This document shows positions 38,131 through 40,990 of a DNA stretch of 40,990 nucleotides, piece after piece (within the stretch, counting starts at the first letter, position 1; each line of letters begins with the position of its first letter). Below the pieces are notes generated by a model, which was given only the letters and a program-made list of their open reading frames with translations, made no database searches and had not been told where the DNA came from. Source of the DNA: Octopus bimaculoides (lineage: Eukaryota); the NCBI RefSeq assembly GCF_001194135.2, contig NC_068981.1, positions 106,511,407 to 106,552,396 of the forward strand, written 5' to 3'. Position numbers and translations under genes: made by a program.

Positions 38131-39721
38131 GAATCACTAGAGCATCAGATATAATGTCTTATAGCATTTGTTCTAATTCCCTTTGTATTCTGAGTTCAAA
38201 TTCTGCCAAAGTTAGCTAAAAAGTATCAGTCCATGAAAATGGATTGGCAGAGCTGTTTAGAATGTTGGATCAGATGTCCTGCAATATTTATATATTTGCA
38301 ACAGAGACAGTATCCTCACTTTAATGTGAATGTTCTACCAGAACAAATACTGCGGTATATACCACAAGAGAAACTCTCATATTGGCTTTTGGTGTAAATT
38401 GCACTCTAGTTTATATTGCTAGTGGGGAGATAAATCCTTGCCACCTCCAGCACCAAAACCACTAGATCACATGGTTTCAAACCTCCTTGGTTTTGTCAAT
38501 GATGGATACTCAACTGCTAGAAATAGCAGCAACTCATCTCCCTGCTAGTGATATATAGAAAAACAGTGACAGAACAGGTGCTGGTGTCAAGATTATTCAG
38601 TGAGCTTGTTAAGAAATTTATATTTGTGACAGAAGCAGTATTAATACTGAGAGGTAATATTTATCCTCACTTAAACAATGATGTTCCTTTAGATACCACA
38701 CGAGAAACCCTCATATTTGCTTTTGGTGCAAAATGCATTCTTGTTTGGCCTACTCAGGTGGTTGAACTAATTTGTTACTTGGTTTAACACTACCACCAGG
38801 TACTTTGATTGCATTAAGCAAAATCCACTCAGTTTGAAGATCACTTCTTTGTTCCTACTAATCTCAGAGATCCTGTGAAGAATCATGGGTACTACCCTAC
38901 TCTTCTGACTTAAAAGACAAGAAAAAAACTGACTATGAGGTTATTTCCTTTCAGTTATGTTAATGTTATGTGAGATGACAATATTCATGTATTTGCATAC
39001 ATAATTTACTACTCTTCCAGATGGTGGTGGGGGATGATTAAAGAAGGGGTAAGATGATTTGGAGGAGGAGGATGACAGGGGGAGAGGAAGAGAGGCAGAA
39101 GAAGAGAAGGAGGCAAAGGAAGAAGAAGGGGAAGAAGAGGAGGAGTGTGGAGGAAGAGGAAACACAGACTTTAGTGATGATTAGATATCAAATTTGATGA
39201 AGAAACTAAGAAATGGCAAGGTTACGAGTTAAATGATAAACAGGAAAAGTAGTTTCAGGTTATATTTATTATGATTTGACATCAATAACAAAATCATTTC
39301 TTGTCATTAGCAACATATTGCAGTCCTTTAAAATTAGCACCAAAATGAAGGGTTTTTTTTTTTGTTTTGTTTCTGTTTTTGATACTGACCATTATGGTCC
39401 ATTTATTATTTATTATTTTTTGAATATCTTACCTTTGCACTGTTCAATATGTTACCCCTAATTAAAGGTTCTCTTTCATCCTCTGCCTCCTTGTCAACAT
39501 CATCATTTTTATCATCAGTATTAATATCCCAATCTCCAGGGCAACCACAACCAGCATCTTTATACCTGAGACACTGTTTCTCTCTCTGTTTATTCCTCTT
39601 TCTCTCCCACAAATATATGTTTAATACTAAGGAAGTTAACCACTTATAAATCATTTTCTTTTTCAATGTACATTAATTATACATGCTTTGTTATGTCTTA
39701 TCTCACCATATTTCTGTTGTA

Positions 39722-40983
39722 CAATGTTTTTTTTTCTCTAACCAATAGAAATAAAACAAATGTCATAAGTATGAATATATCAACAAAAACAACTTCACCC
39801 AACCCAAATTAGGAAGTGTAAGGAAAATTCAAAATGGCTGCCCCTTTAGAGTTACATCAAAAACAAAGAGCAGTGATTGACTTTCTTGTTGCTGAGGGGG
39901 AAATCCCTGTGAACATTCACCGATGGTTACAAAATGTCTTTGAGGACAATACTTTAGATTATAGCAATGTATGCAGGTGGGTCTGTCATCTGAAAGATGA
40001 AAAGGTGGGAACTGTGAGCGTAGCCGATAAACCCCGATCTGGCCAACTGCCCGCTTCTGTGAATCCTGCCAACAAAGCAAAAGCAGATGCTCTGATCAGA
40101 GAAGACAGGCACACAACTCTTGATGAGTTGGCAGAAAACCTTGAAGCGAGCCATGGAAGTGCTTACAACATTGTCGAATCACTTGGCTTTTCAAAAAGTG
40201 TGTGCCCATTGGGTACCAAGAGAGCCGACTACCAAACGCAAGCTTGCACTAAACTTCTCATACAAAGTCAAAGAGACAACACCTTCTTTCGAAGGCTTGT
40301 AATATGTGATGAAACATGGGTTCATCATTATGAACCAGAATCAAAGAGGCAGTCAATAAAATGGCGCCACTCTATGTCACCACCACTGAAAAAGTTCAAG
40401 ACGCAAAAGTCAGCTGGAAAAATCATGGCGACTGTCTTTTAGGATGCTCAAGGTGTCATTCTGGTCGATTTCTTGCCAAAAGGCAAAACAATAAACTCTG
40501 AAGCCTACATTGAGACCCTGATGAAGCTCAGAGCAAGAATCCAACGAGTAAGACCCAACTTGCCAATCGACAATTTCCTCCTTCTGCATGACAATGCTCA
40601 ACCACACACAAGCATCAGGACAAGGGAGACAGTTGCCTCATTTGGGTGGACAACTTTACCACATCCTCCATACTCACCAGATTTAGTACCTTCAGACTAT
40701 CATTTCTTCAGCCCCATGAAAGAGGGTTTGAGAAGCAAATTTTATTCCAGTGACGAGGAAGTGAAAACTGTATTGAAGAAGTGGCTCAAAGAACAGTCAA
40801 CGGAATTTTACAGGGCACTCATTTTAAGGTGGAACATTGCTATTGAGAGAAACAGTGACTATGCTGAGAAGTAGGGATGTGATCCACAGAGGACCAGCTT
40901 CATTTTGATGTATGATACATGTTCTTGTGTTGGTAATTATACTTGTCCTAAACAAAATGGCATTACTATTTGACTCACCGTTG
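39722..40983 (+). mobile_element. Mariner (Tc1/mariner, DD34D) transposon, decayed
   Basis: Right TIR cattactatttgactcaccgttg followed by TA (40984-40985); the left TIR is degraded near 39720. Contains the transposase pseudogene listed next. Confidence 0.9.
39834..40874 (+). pseudogene. Mariner transposase pseudogene
   Basis: HTH N-terminus with DKPRSG; WVPR in a shifted frame; CDETWVHHYEPE; in-frame TAG at 40440-40442; HDNAQPH...YSPDLVPSD with 34 residues between the last two Asp. Confidence 0.93.
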
Positions 40984-40990
40984 TATATAT

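Noticed and set aside
38302-38741. Two diverged copies of a segment of about 100 bp (accacaagagaaactctcatattggcttttggtg)
   Set aside because: Most likely two old fragments of a common dispersed repeat; no distinctive structure.

Overview
AT-rich, microsatellite-dense metazoan genomic DNA from a gapped draft assembly with many N-runs, several beside microsatellites. The SINE and RTE 3' ends look like coleoid cephalopod (octopus-type) repeats; this is recognition from memory, not a database hit. The window reads as intronic or intergenic and is dominated by mobile-element remnants: (i) R4/Dong/Rex6-like RLE non-LTR retrotransposons, one apparently split by a nested helentron-like element and a MITE; (ii) several RTE-clade LINE copies with (GAT)n tails; (iii) tRNA-derived SINE pieces; (iv) an internally deleted Gypsy-type LTR element with both LTRs; (v) a decayed DD34D mariner; (vi) mariner-, piggyBac- and unclassified MITEs. 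No host gene can be named; only a few splice-bounded open frames are candidate exons. Most ORFs in the supplied track are microsatellite, gap or antisense-to-TE artefacts. I cannot demonstrate a new biological system. The best leads are an orphan candidate exon bracketed by an inverted RTE pair (possible dsRNA, ADAR or circRNA substrate), an unclassified MITE with a 6-bp TSD inside a three-level nest, a minimal mosaic Gypsy element, and a long palindrome near a hammerhead-like core at the window edge.
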